Source: Oopsacas minuta (lineage: Eukaryota > Animalia > Porifera). From it: DNA of 64,000 bases. The translations under genes were made by a program, and so were the position numbers. Within the stretch, counting starts at the first letter, position 1; each line of letters starts with the position of its first letter. Location: NCBI GenBank assembly GCA_024704765.1, contig JAKMXF010000332.1, forward strand, positions 664,018-728,017. The letters are read 5' to 3'. Under the pieces are notes generated by a model that made no database searches, was not told the DNA's origin, and saw only the letters and a program-made list of their open reading frames with translations. This document shows positions 24,831 through 36,587 of this stretch, piece by piece.

Positions 24831-27800
24831 CTATGCTAATACTGGAGCTGTTACTTTACATTTGGTCAGCAATCTCGCCACTTTGTGCCTTGAGTATTAT
24901 GAAATCTCAAAAATTTCGAACTTTGATAAATTTGTAATTTTTGTACAATCATGTTGACGTAATAATTCCATAAGGTTTTACATTTAGTTAAAGTCATGAC
25001 GTCAAGGCATTTAACACAATGAGGGTTCCTGTGATTCAAATTTTAAACTTATATCATCTATATTCGCAGAGCAGTGGTTAATGTGATTTTCGAAATCCAA
25101 AAAGGTGACAAGGACATCCTAATTTCTTAGATATGCACTTGTGTTCGAGTCAGGCTAAAATACGCCTGTATATCATAAATTTGCAATGAAGTACATGGGT
25201 TTATCTCCAAATTTTATATTTTTCAAGCTATCTACTTTACAAGGATTAGATGTGCCTTAAAATTTTGTTTTTGGGATGATGCCATTTATCCAAATTCTGT
25301 ATATCTCCTTTGATTTAGCTATCTTTCCCCATTAGTAGTCACTTGGCTGGCCAGTGTTGTTTGATTTTAATCACTATTTTTATTTCAACTGATTTAAACC
25401 GTAATGTACAATTAATATTGATGCTAGTCGGTAATGCTTACACGGATACACATGGTAAATGAACATCTTGGCTATGAGAACCATATTCTGGGAAATGGTT
25501 CTTCTATCCTAACTATTTATGTATTTCAATACGATAAATATGCGAATACAACCCCGACAAGCCCTGAATGAATATACCATTAGATTTCTGACTCAGGATT
25601 TAGTTTGATGCAATACTTTGTTTGCTAGTTAGTCCAATCAAACCTACATTACCAAGATTGCTAAAGTCCGGAGCTATATCAGAATGTATTTTTCCGTTAA
25701 TATAAGTTACAGTAGTACCCTCTTAACACGAACACGAACGGACTATCAAAATTTGTCCGCCTTATCTCTGGAGTTCTTATCAATGGGAATATTATCATTT
25801 AAATTACCATTGTACGGACCTGACTTTTTTATTTGCATATTTGTTCGTATGTCCGGAATTATGGATTAGTGGTGTTCCACATTAAGATAAAGTTGTGGAA
25901 AATTCCTTCTTGTTCATCTTTTAGGCAAAATCATTCAATTTTACAATGCAATTTTCAACTCTATTCATGCTTATTAGACATTGTATTCGTTAGAGGATTA
26001 GAATAGTATTTTGTACATTATATCTAAGAACCTGGTATTGACAATTTGAAATGATCAAAATATTCAAATCTGTTTTACTTGAAAACATCCGATTTAAATA
26101 TCTGATATTTTTAATTATTTAAAAAATCATGATATTATGCTGCTTGACCCGTCTCTTTCAATACTATTTTATGATACCGCTACTTATCAATTCTTACCTA
26201 GTGTCGAAATCGAAATTTTTTTGACACCATGTTATTTTGTCCGATCGTTTTTTTTGTCGTCAAGTCTGTGTTAATATTCATTATTCGAAATTCCCATCTA
26301 CGATAATCGGATTACTTTGTCTTTTGGCTTCGGGTTTTGCCCATCGGGGATGTAAACAATTGAGTATCTATTTTACTTATTTTGTCCTATTGTATACGTA
26401 TATATTCGTGATTGATCAAAATACTGGATTAGTAGATGACCTTATTACTAGAAAATAATATGCACCCTTCGTCGTCATTGTCAATCGGTGTATATTCAAT
26501 GATCCTTTCTATAAGTATTTTTGCATAATGGATTGTTTTGTCTATCGTGTTATTTTGATTTTTGGTAGTGGAATCAACTGGACTAAATACAACGATTTCA
26601 ACTGTATATGTGAACAAATTTTATTATCCCAATGTACAACACCTAAATATTTTCTTCTGGACACGTTGTTCTTTTAGAATTATCCATTAACATTCTCTCT
26701 CTGATTTGTTAGTTGATTTTTCCTACCTAATGAGCAATTTTTGTGCCAACATGAATGGCCACACTTTATTATCTGTGCAAACTTGAGCCGATCCTCGTGT
26801 TCAAATTATACATCAACGCGAAACAAAGGACAGAAATCTAAATAAGAACACGACACAAACAAAAGATCTGTTGCGTAGGATTTTGACCCGCGTAGGATTT
26901 TGACCCGCAATACAAAATCCTAATAGCATATCCATGGTGCGGGTCAAAATCCTACGATCTAATATATGCGTAGGATTTTGACCCGCATCAAAATGTATTA
27001 CACCTATTACAGCCGTAGGATTTTGACCCGCATATAATATATTATTGTCATAGGATTTTGACCCGCATATAATGTATTATTGTCGTACGATTTTGACTCT
27101 AAAGTAATCTTACTTCTCTTTCATTTGACTTTTTCGAATTCCATACACTTTCATTACGTAATTACCACTAAATGTACGTAATGTAATTCAACTTTAGACT
27201 AGCTATACTTATACGTAACTGAATAAATAAGTCAATTTAGAGTTGGATTCTAGATAGTGGTGAATTTGTTTGATAACATGTAAACTATGTTCCCATTACA
27301 TATTACAAATTTACAATATGTATAATCATCCAAAATGCCAAAAATGGACAGTATACGTATATACATATTTTATATTAATATTACTTGGACAGGAGGTGGT
27401 AGGTATTTGATAATTGTGTTTAGTAACTCATAATAAATAATATAATTTAACATGTCAATCTATATAATGCAATATATTCTATCAAATAACAAGAATTTTA
27501 CAAGCATTAGCATGATAATGAATATTCGGAATATCTTAAGTACGAATTGTAGGCGATTTCATCTTTACCCATTTCTCTATACTTCCTAACAAGCTTTAAG
27601 GAATATACCACTGAAATATGTTCATCTATTGGACAAGCGTAGACTATGCATTTGTTACGGAGTCTTGGTATAATGTTGATACACATATAGAGTTGAGGTG
27701 AAAACCGCGAGCCTCTGGCACGCTGCATACTCCTGGAAAACACTAGATTTCTATAAACAAAACAAGTCAGCTGCGGTGGCCTCCTCCTTCCCCTTACAGC

Positions 27801-28284
27801 CACCCCCTAACGCTAAACGTCTAACGTTAACCTCACCTTGTTTATTTGTGCAGTGTTGGAGCGAGTTTGATGTGATTGCGATCACACCAAATTCGATTCT
27901 AAACTGCAACATAAACGAATACGTACAATAAATCGTAATTTAACAGACAGGCGAGGAGCTAACGGACCCCGAACGGCCACAGACAAGGAGACATTAAAAA
28001 ATAAAAAATAGATAAGAAACTCGCTTGTATCTGATTCCATGCTGTATTTCGTCTCGGCGTAGACTCGTCAGTTGCGCTGCCTTTCTCGCATTATACTTAG
28101 ATGGTAGAGTGATGATATTCGCCACTGAGGATGTGCTGTTGCAAGTCGCATTTCCATTATCTGGGCTCACCATGATAGGGATTGCGTTGCCTGAATAACC
28201 TCAGGCAGAGGTCCCCACAAGGTTCGATGTACTTTGCCTTTGAGCGCTTTCGGATGATGGAAAAGAGTCGTGAATCGCTAAGAA

Positions 28285-29543
28285 TTAGTCAGAAGAGTGC
28301 AAGAGGTAGAATACAGTATTGAGTGATCCGATGAAAGTGTCACAGTCCCAAAGTTGGATAATTGGTTCTCTCATTCCGTCATATTTATAGAATTGCCCGT
28401 TTTGGTAAAGGATTGAATAGAAGTGTCTATTACTCAATATGCTAAAGCCAGCAAGTTGGTAGTGAAGTGTCCGTTGGTTGTGACTGATGGTGAAGTGTTT
28501 GTCAATATCACTTGCAAAAATGTCTGGCAATTCGGGTAGATGTCCGATTTCAATTGTTAACATGACAGGTATTGACTTGAATTGACCAGATATCCTCTCT
28601 AAGAAAGCAGTAGTTGATCCACAAGACTTGCATTTAATAGGAACGAGACTTCGATTAACAGATGATTCCAGGTTTGTAATAACGCCTCCTATATTACTAA
28701 TCATGGATTGTGTCTCAAAGATATTGGTGCATTGGTGGCATTGGAAGATAGTGAAATATTTGTCGTTACACAAATCTTCTGTTCGTAAATATTTGATGAT
28801 GTTACCCTCTGATCCAAAGAAATCATAAGACCGTATCAATCCTGAGGAATCATAAATAACTTCAAGCCCAATTTTAGTAGCAACATATTCTTGAAGTTTC
28901 TCAAATTCACAATTAGCAGCCAATTGGAATATGTAGTGGAATTCAGCTTCAATATGTGTACTTCCGATTAACTTCAGTGAGTCTATGATGGTTGCTTTAT
29001 TCGAACTAAGAATAGCCAATATATTGTCGATAGAACAGGTGTTAGATTGCACGATGTTGTTATACTCTCCTCCCCATTTAGGATATGGGATAAGATCTGA
29101 TGCATTTTGTATAGATTGTTCTGGTATTTCAATGATCTCATGAACTTGCTCAGTTGGGAATATTAACTCAATTATTACTGGTAATAGAACAGCAATCGGA
29201 TAGTCAAGATCTCTTCGTGTCTCTTCAGGTATTTCAGTAGGATAGGAGGAACGATATTCTGCGTACCAATTACCGGCTGATACAGCAAGTTTCTCCTTAA
29301 TCTCAAAATTTAGTTCGTTGGGTGGATGGTAAGAATATAGTAAATTCAATGAAGTTAGAGATGCAGCTTTTGTAGCGAGTTTCTCATGTAGTTGGGTTAA
29401 GTATGTGTTATTGACAAGAGCTGATAGTATTCGAGGTTTCAATTGAAGTAGCTCAGAATCGATATTTTCATAGATTGAGTGTTATTGCGGTGTTTCAAAT
29501 GTTTCTTCCATGGTATCCAGGTTCAATATATCATCCAAAGAAT
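28285..29543 (-). CDS. Ginger exon 7: acidic linker, in-frame TAA (29484-29482), then USP-like (peptidase C19-type) cysteine protease domain
   Basis: ttgtatttag| acceptor in phase 1. ORF 28285-29442 has a Cys box SNTCSIDNIL, two CxxC pairs (CHQC, CKSC) and a His/Asp box YQLAGFSILSNRHFYSILYQNGQFYKYDG. Confidence 0.75.
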
Positions 29544-29690
29544 CTAAATACAAATAAATATGTGAAATGTAGGATTGCTATTACGTATTAATCGAATCAA
29601 TACAGAACACAACTAGTTTATATGTACTTAATCATGGGCTGAGTCAATTAGTTATAGTTCAGTACAATATTGTCTCGCTAATATATTTAC

Positions 29691-29971
29691 CGCTAGAAGG
29701 GAATTTGCAAGATCTTTTGGGCTTCTTTGATTTGCCTGTCTTCGTTCGAACCTGCCGTTTTTCGTTCATGCGAGAATGATATTTTCTTGATAGATGGATA
29801 GGTAATTTTGTTGTTTTGCTATCTGGGTCTTTGCGAGCAATTAGGTGGCTTGGTTTAACTTCCTCTATCGTATATGGTCCTAAATATTTCTTTGCATCTT
29901 TTGTTCCTGGGAGTCGCTTGGCTTTCTTTATATTATGTACAAGTACCTCATCTCCTTCCACAAATTCTGAT
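29691..29971 (-). CDS. Ginger transposase exon 6 (GPY/F motif)
   Basis: aactttag|SEFVEGDEVLV...KYLGPYTIEEV...PSS-G|gtaaat, phase 2/1. Confidence 0.85.
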
Positions 29972-30238
29972 CTAAAGTTTACACTATGATTATACAAAGA
30001 AAATAATGTGCCAATTACGTACAGTTTGTAATGATGCTAATTATATAACTAAAGTAAGTGTTTTGGAATTTAAGAATTCATATAATTGAGGAAACAATAA
30101 ATTAGTTCCGATTCAAGATTATTTCATATTTATCTGAATATATAACAGTCAGTGAATTTAATTTAATTTTAGTAAGAGATGATGTATGAAATTCCAACAT
30201 GTTACATCACAACAAGAATGTGTTTCGTTATTGCTTGC

Positions 30239-30646
30239 CTGTTGTGTTTAACTTTGCTGTCATATGTTTTCTTTTGAACTTTCCGACCAGCCTTGATGTT
30301 TTCAATAGCAGTCATCCTGTCAGCTTTACGTGTGGAAGAAAGATTTTCTATCCATTCGTTATCAATTATAGGAAAGTCAAATGGGCGTGGTTCGTTTGCA
30401 TCCATTTGAATATTCTCATCTTCTGATACTTCTGCCTCTGAGATATCAGCTTCGGTTAGTAATCCGGGGTTAGTTGGAGAAGTGATAAGATTGAGAAGGT
30501 TAGATGAATCAAAGTCTCTCCCAAACATGAGATAGAAGGGTGTGTAGCTTGTAGAGATTTTGATTTGAGTATTTGCTGCTAGTACTGCTGTCTGTAATTT
30601 CTCTGTCCATTCAGCGTCCCCATCAGATTGCATCTTGTTGATTTTT
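30239..30646 (-). CDS. Ginger transposase exon 5
   Basis: tttttacaaatag|, ...W...LQTAVLAANT...STSYTPFYLMFGR...YDSKVKHN-AG|gcaagc (GC donor), phase 2/2. Confidence 0.85.
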
Positions 30647-30758
30647 CTATTTGTAAAAAGTGTTAATTGATTCAAAGCTATCTAATTATAAACGACGTGT
30701 ATTAAACGTATGTAAGGCTTAGAATAGGTATATATTTATATTTAGCATCAATACTCAC

Positions 30759-30865
30759 GTTTTCAATATTTTGTTGTGTGACTCAACAAGTCCGTTACTT
30801 TGTGGGTGGTATGCTGTGGTTCTTCTGGTGTTGATATTTATCTTCTTGTGAAATTCCTGAAATTC
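30759..30865 (-). CDS. Ginger transposase exon 4 (catalytic E)
   Basis: caaaatag|EFQEF...TTAYHPQSNGLVESHNKILK-AC|gtgagt, phase 0/2. Confidence 0.92.
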
Positions 30866-31239
30866 CTATTTTGAAAGTAAATAAGAGAACAATGACAATC
30901 TACTACGCGCATGTATTTAGTCTTGTACAACAATAGTAAGAAAGATAAAACGATTAATAAGGTAAATTTTCCTCCCGAAGTTAGTAGCATTAATTCGTAA
31001 ATTCTTATTTATTAGTATTTAACATAAATTAAAATCCAATTTTCCACACGGTTTCTTAAATATGGCCATCAGGACGCATAATTTCCTACCAGGGTATATA
31101 TTGAAGCAATGCGTTGACAATTGACAATGCAACTTGTTACGTACGTATATCCAATATAGTAAGTCGCATTGTGTATCAGGAATAATTTACTTGGTGTATT
31201 TACAATTACTAATCTCGAGTATGTAAAAATATGAGTTAC

Positions 31240-31551
31240 CTTGCTTGAGAATTCTGTTCCCTGATCATGTTGGAGGATGTTAGGCACACCGAATGAGAGA
31301 TAAATTTCCTGTAAACAATCCAATATTTCTTTAGATGTTTTAGTCTTGAGTGGTCGGGCAATTACAAATTTACTCAGGTAGCACACGATGACAAGAATGT
31401 GCTGAAATCCAAGTACAGTGCGAGACATATTACATATGAGATCAATTCCACAATGACACCATGGTTCTTCAGGAGGAGGAATAGGTTGAAGCTCTCGTTG
31501 TGGCTGAGGAGGTAGAGCAGCAGAGGTTTGACAGTCATGGCAAGTTCGGAT
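31240..31551 (-). CDS. Ginger transposase exon 3 (CxxC and both catalytic D residues)
   Basis: ccgttctag|IRTCHDCQ...PWCHCGIDL...LQHDQGTEFSSK|gtaact, phase 0/0. Confidence 0.92.
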
Positions 31552-31894
31552 CTAGAACGGGAAATGATTTAATTGTCAGTTTGCAGTCCAGTCTAATGTA
31601 ATTTGCTACGTCCCAGATGTCCCACTAAATTAGCATTCCGTCCCGCTTTTTCTTCACTCAGGTTGGCAAATATGTTTATGTGAAATACTCCCACTACCTA
31701 TCCCAATTACTAACTACCGCAAGGATCATTAGTTGTTAGATACATGATTGGTTGGTTGTACCGCACAAATAGATTTCCATATGATAAAATTGTATACCGG
31801 TATACTAAATATCATCAGATCGCACAAATAAAGGTGTATACAGTAGAATAATTACAAGGTGAATAACCTCAAACTATAGAATACATCCTGTTCT

Positions 31895-31997
31895 CAGACT
31901 TACCAACCCCTTTTGCAAATTTCCCTGGATTATCGTTGCTAAATCCCTGGATTTCAAAATTTGTAATCCAGATATCCCTGGAGGGTTGGTAAGTCTG
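31895..31997. mobile_element. 103-bp MITE nested in Ginger intron 2
   Basis: 15-bp TIR CAGACTTACCAACCC, flanked by the direct repeat TGTTCT. Confidence 0.75.
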
Positions 31998-32060
31998 TGT
32001 TCTCAGCCACATTTTCTTGGAAAATCATATATGAAAGAAATACGTAATTTAGTAACTCAC

Positions 32061-32234
32061 GTAGGATCCAACATCATTGTATATACCATTCCAATCATAT
32101 TTGTTTCGGATTCCATCAATGGTAGTGTTGATTCCAGGATGAGTGACATTGTGATAGAATTCGATAATGTTGTCAATTTCTGAGACTAGTGGAATCTCCA
32201 AGTATTTCACACAGCCATTCTTCTTTCTGAAAAT
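32061..32234 (-). CDS. Ginger transposase exon 2 (first half of HHCC zinc finger)
   Basis: ttcttgtag|IFRKK...FYHNVTHPGINTTIDGIRNKYDWNGIYNDVGSY|gtgagt, phase 0/0. Confidence 0.9.
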
Positions 32235-32449
32235 CTACAAGAAAATTATTCTAGTTAAACGCAGAGGTTATAGGTAGCATTGAGGGGCAGAGGAGCCCCC
32301 TAGCGTATTCGCCCTTCTCATCTCCCTATTGTACGCAAATTTAATGAGGCAACTACATATCTGCCTCCTCGCAGCTATGTAGTTGCCTCAAGATTTCTAA
32401 TTATGTCCCGGAAATAAGTATAAATCAAAAATATCATTCAGGAATATAC

Positions 32450-32593
32450 CTTCATTAGCTTATTCTCTTGAAAGTAAATCCCCTTGCACTTTCTGACAAA
32501 ATTCTTCTTTCTGTAGCGATCACTCTTGATTTCTGGTGGGATAATATTCGTCTGGAGGTATCCACGAATTACTTCATGCTCTGTCGCATCCAT
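32450..32593 (-). CDS. Ginger transposase exon 1 (48 codons)
   Basis: ATG at 32593, MDATEHEVIRGYLQTNIIPPEIK...KKNFVRKCKG (resembles the YPYY-type N-terminal motif), donor AAG|gtatat. Confidence 0.75.
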
Positions 32594-33474
32594 AATGAAA
32601 AATGCCAAAAGTAAATATAAGTGTTTGATGTTGAAATCTAGAAACAAAGTAAAATGTTAGTGTGTGCATTTAGGAAGTCACACATGTATAAATACGAATA
32701 CTATGTGACTAGGGATGAAATGTTGATATTACTTGATTTGCAATTGCTACTTGCGGGTCAAAATCCTACGCGGGTCAAAATCCTACGCAACAGATCTCTA
32801 CAAAAATCCAAATTTTCTAATTTTGATATTTTCTTAATATCCGAGACAAGTGCCGAGATTACTATGCCAAAGCCTCGTTTTAGTTACAGTTCTACCTCAG
32901 AAGGCCATTAATTGTATTCTGAATGGATTATCGATATTTTCATATTAATTTTTTTATTTGTTTTATTCAAGTCTCGAAGTTCCGATTATATCTGGTACCG
33001 TGCCGATCACTACTCTAAGAAATCTAGCTGTTCAAATACTCTGCTAACCTGAGGCACTAAGCTCCGCGCAGCCACCTACAAGTGAAGTGCGCTTGTATAC
33101 ATCAATTTGACGGTAATTTCTTAGTACCAAGTCTGATTTCTTCGACTCAATTTGCAATCCTCTGGCCTGTTATGTTTGGGGACAGACCACTCCACACGCA
33201 AATGGCTTTTAGTTATGAGCCTCAACTAGTGAAGCGATGTGTCAAGCTTAGCACCCTCAAATTGATGAATGATTAGGAGTGTATGGAGGCACGAATATTT
33301 TTTCCAATCAGGATAATATTCTGCTAACATTTCACCCTCTAAATTACTCCTAATACTTGCTCATATTATTTATCTCCTGGTTCAAGATTTCAAACTCTTG
33401 TATGTACCATATAAAATTGTACGCACAACAAAAATCTAATATGATTTTCGGGATTTTATTTATGATTTCTCTAG

Positions 33475-33699
33475 GTATATGCAACAGATTCTATTATTGC
33501 AACATTGATGACATGTACAAGATCTGTGTATCCTTGGGATATTGTTGTAACGCGGAAGAACTCTTGTATTTTCTTCGATAAAAGAGATAAGTCTAATTTT
33601 GATATGGTTACTGTTAATGAAAACTCCAGTGACCCACCTCAGGATTTCTTTAACCTGTCAAGTGAAGCCACTCTCATTGACAAATATTTTTCACAACAG
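33475..33699 (+). CDS. EIF3D: eIF3d internal exon
   Basis: atttctctag|VYATDSIIATLMTCTRSVYPWDIVV...FFDKRDKSNFDMVTVNE...EATLIDKYFSQQ|gtttac, phase 0/0. Confidence 0.95.
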
Positions 33700-34962
33700 G
33701 TTTACCTTTTTATTTTCAATATATGCTAGCTCCTTAATCATGCTACATCAGTCTTTAGTTAATACTGGCATATGTATGCATTATTTCATCATATTTTTCT
33801 TATTAATCCATATGTGTTGAAATAGATATTAAAAAGCATACTTCGCGCTAAATGACTGCCATTGTTCGGATAATTTGCATGTTTCCTAAACTGAGTGATA
33901 AAAGCCTCGGGTTGTGACGCAAGGTACTGGTAAAGTGGGACATCTCGAGTCTTAGCATATTGAATTAGACTGGCTTGCAAATATTAGGACAATGAGTCCT
34001 TTTGTAAATACGTGAAATTGGCACCATTGGTCCTCAATACGTGTCCTAGAAAGCGCGACGTCCCGCCAAAAACGGGACAGTTGATCACTAGAAGGATTAA
34101 GGTTTGTATATTGAATGTTGAGGATATCTTGAGTAATACTAGTACTCTTTGCTCATTGACTTATTTATTCAAATGCATTTGTATTTACAAATTATTATGC
34201 CAAAATTTGTCAGTTAATACTACAGCCTTAACAATGGGCTGCCCAAGCGAATTCCATCTCAATTTACGCTTATTATACAATCCCAACCACTATCTCGCCC
34301 ATTTCTGCCACTTAAGAATTGGTAAAACCAACCAATAGTTAGAATATACCTCTTTTAGAATCTATCAGTAGGACTCTATTGGTACTCTATTGGTAATTTG
34401 AAGATAGGATTTTTATTGGAGATCACATTCGAATGAATTACTCCTAATTTTGCTTTTTCCCCGATTTGATGTATTGTGCATCTCTATTCTAAATTATTTT
34501 AGAAAAGTTCCAAAATATTGTTTAGTAAGCATTTTCTGTTATAATATGCCATTATTTGATAGCTTGTATTTACATTTTGCCTCATTTCAGAGTTAATATA
34601 TGAAATGATCTCAATTTATGCATACAATTTGTCGTAATATAGGTTGCTCGTTCTTTAATTACTGTGGAAATCATTGATAACATATTTTATGAATATCAGA
34701 TTATAACTGAATATTCGTAAAAATTATCATCCAATCAGTATGGCATATTCACAATGTGGCAATATGGGGAAATAGGCATATTTTAAAGAATATATTTCAA
34801 TGCATTTTTCGAATGCTCCATGGTTCAATTACTAAGAAAATATCATGGCCAGCATTAGAAGCAGTTAGGAATCCTAACTACGCACAACTTTGTTATGTGT
34901 TTCTAATAATAGATATATATATATTTTCAAACCGCAAATTCCTATGCCCTAATGTATGTAAT

Positions 34963-36114
34963 CAGGGGCGTAGATCCGTGATTTTTCTGGGAGGGATGGA
35001 AAATTTAAAACTAGCACTTTTCTACATATGACAAATATGAATATGCTATATTCGTAGTCATTAAACTTCCTAACTCGACAAAAAGATAGACAATAATAAA
35101 AACAGCTAAGAACATAGATCATAGTAAATATAATATACCTTATACTTGGTAGTGTGAAAAGAACCTATTCATTTAATATATCTAGATTACAGTATAAATT
35201 ATTCGAAATTGCCAAATATTTTTCGACTTATTTCACTTCTTGTCAAAACTCTTTTGCTAGTGTAGCGATATTTATTCCATCAAGAATTTCTTTGTGGACA
35301 TTACATACACATACTGAATTCAAACGTTTCTGGCTCATTCAATTCCTGAGCCATGTTTTTAGTCTTCTTAATGCAGAAAAACTCCTTTCACATTCGCAAG
35401 AAGATACCGAACATACGAGTAATAATTTTATTAGAGTTTTTACTTCTGGGAAGAGATTTCGTACTTCCAAATGCATTTTTCTATAACCAATTTTGGCTTC
35501 TTCAATACTTTCCGGATTGACATTTTCTCTGAATAATGCAAGTTGAGTTGATAATGTATGCTTTTCTAATTCTAGATATTGCCCAATTAATTCTATATTT
35601 ACTTCTCCACTGAGTAACATGGTTTCCAATTTTTCATATTGATTTAAACCGGTTTTACTTGCGTCATACCTTTCAGATAGAATACGTTGCATTGTCATTA
35701 AAAGCTGAGTGTAGATCTCTTTATAATACTCTTCAGCAGTAAAGTGGAACTACATTGTATATTTCCTGAAGAATATCTTTTAGGTGGATAACTTCTTCTG
35801 GGAATTTTAAGTTCATCGAGATAATATTCTTCTGTTTGATCTTGAACTTGACTAAAAATATTGTCAAATGACTCTTGTGTTAAACTTAACTCCCATTGTG
35901 CATGTGCCATCCTAACTGCTGAAAGCATACTCAAGAACAGTGAAATTTGAATGTAACAAGAGGATAATCTGTTGAAACTCAAAAGATTTGAGAGCAAAAA
36001 TAATGTAGACGTATCTCAAAAGTTAAAATGTAGCGGGGATGATTACATAGAGCATTGCCCCATGCTCATAAGTGGGGGGATGTATTCCCCATCCCCTCGG
36101 GATCTACGCCCCTG
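34963..36114 (-). mobile_element. internally deleted hAT element (ZMYM1-like transposase C-terminus)
   Basis: 15-bp TIR CAGGGGCGTAGATCC, perfect 8-bp TSD TATGTAAT, SSCECERSFSALRRLKTWLR on the minus strand. Confidence 0.92.
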
Positions 36115-36587
36115 TATGTAATCATATTTGATGTAAATACTAAATATAAGAGTAAAAACAACTTCTGATAATAAATCTATCTTATAACAACAGTTTAATC
36201 ATTGATAGGTTAGTTTAGATATTCATTTGTACTTTTTTCCGGGTGTCTAGTTTGGCCCTCCCAAAATTATAATTTGGAATTTTTTCTCATTGATTGAAGT
36301 GTAGCATCTCTTGTTTGACAAAATTTGACAAAATATTATTAATATATACGTAATGTTGTTATATTTAGTCAACTATTTAATCACTTTCCATGCTTGCCAA
36401 AAGCTGCCCAAAAATATATTTTTCATACGTTTTAAATTTTTCAGTAAAATTCTATATTTTGCTGGTTATTAGTTATTCCAATACTCTACAATCATATATC
36501 ATAATGTTTCTATGTTAGAGTAGCCCTTTTTGCGGATCATATCTATACTAAGCACGAACAATGAGGCATATAGTTTGTATATTTCGA

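Larger units (their letters stand above)
26869..32792 (-). mobile_element. Ginger-type DNA transposon (probably Ginger1-like), complete, 5924 bp
   Basis: Perfect 42-bp TIR TGTTGCGTAGGATTTTGACCCGCGTAGGATTTTGACCCGCAA, TGT...ACA ends, 4-bp TSD GATC (26865-26868, 32793-32796), spliced gypsy-like integrase gene inside. Confidence 0.95.

Noticed and set aside
26869-27100. Repeat-spacer pattern resembling a CRISPR array
   Set aside because: The 17-bp units are subterminal repeats of the Ginger element. Spacers are irregular and partly repeated, one unit is inverted, and there are no cas genes in this eukaryotic context.
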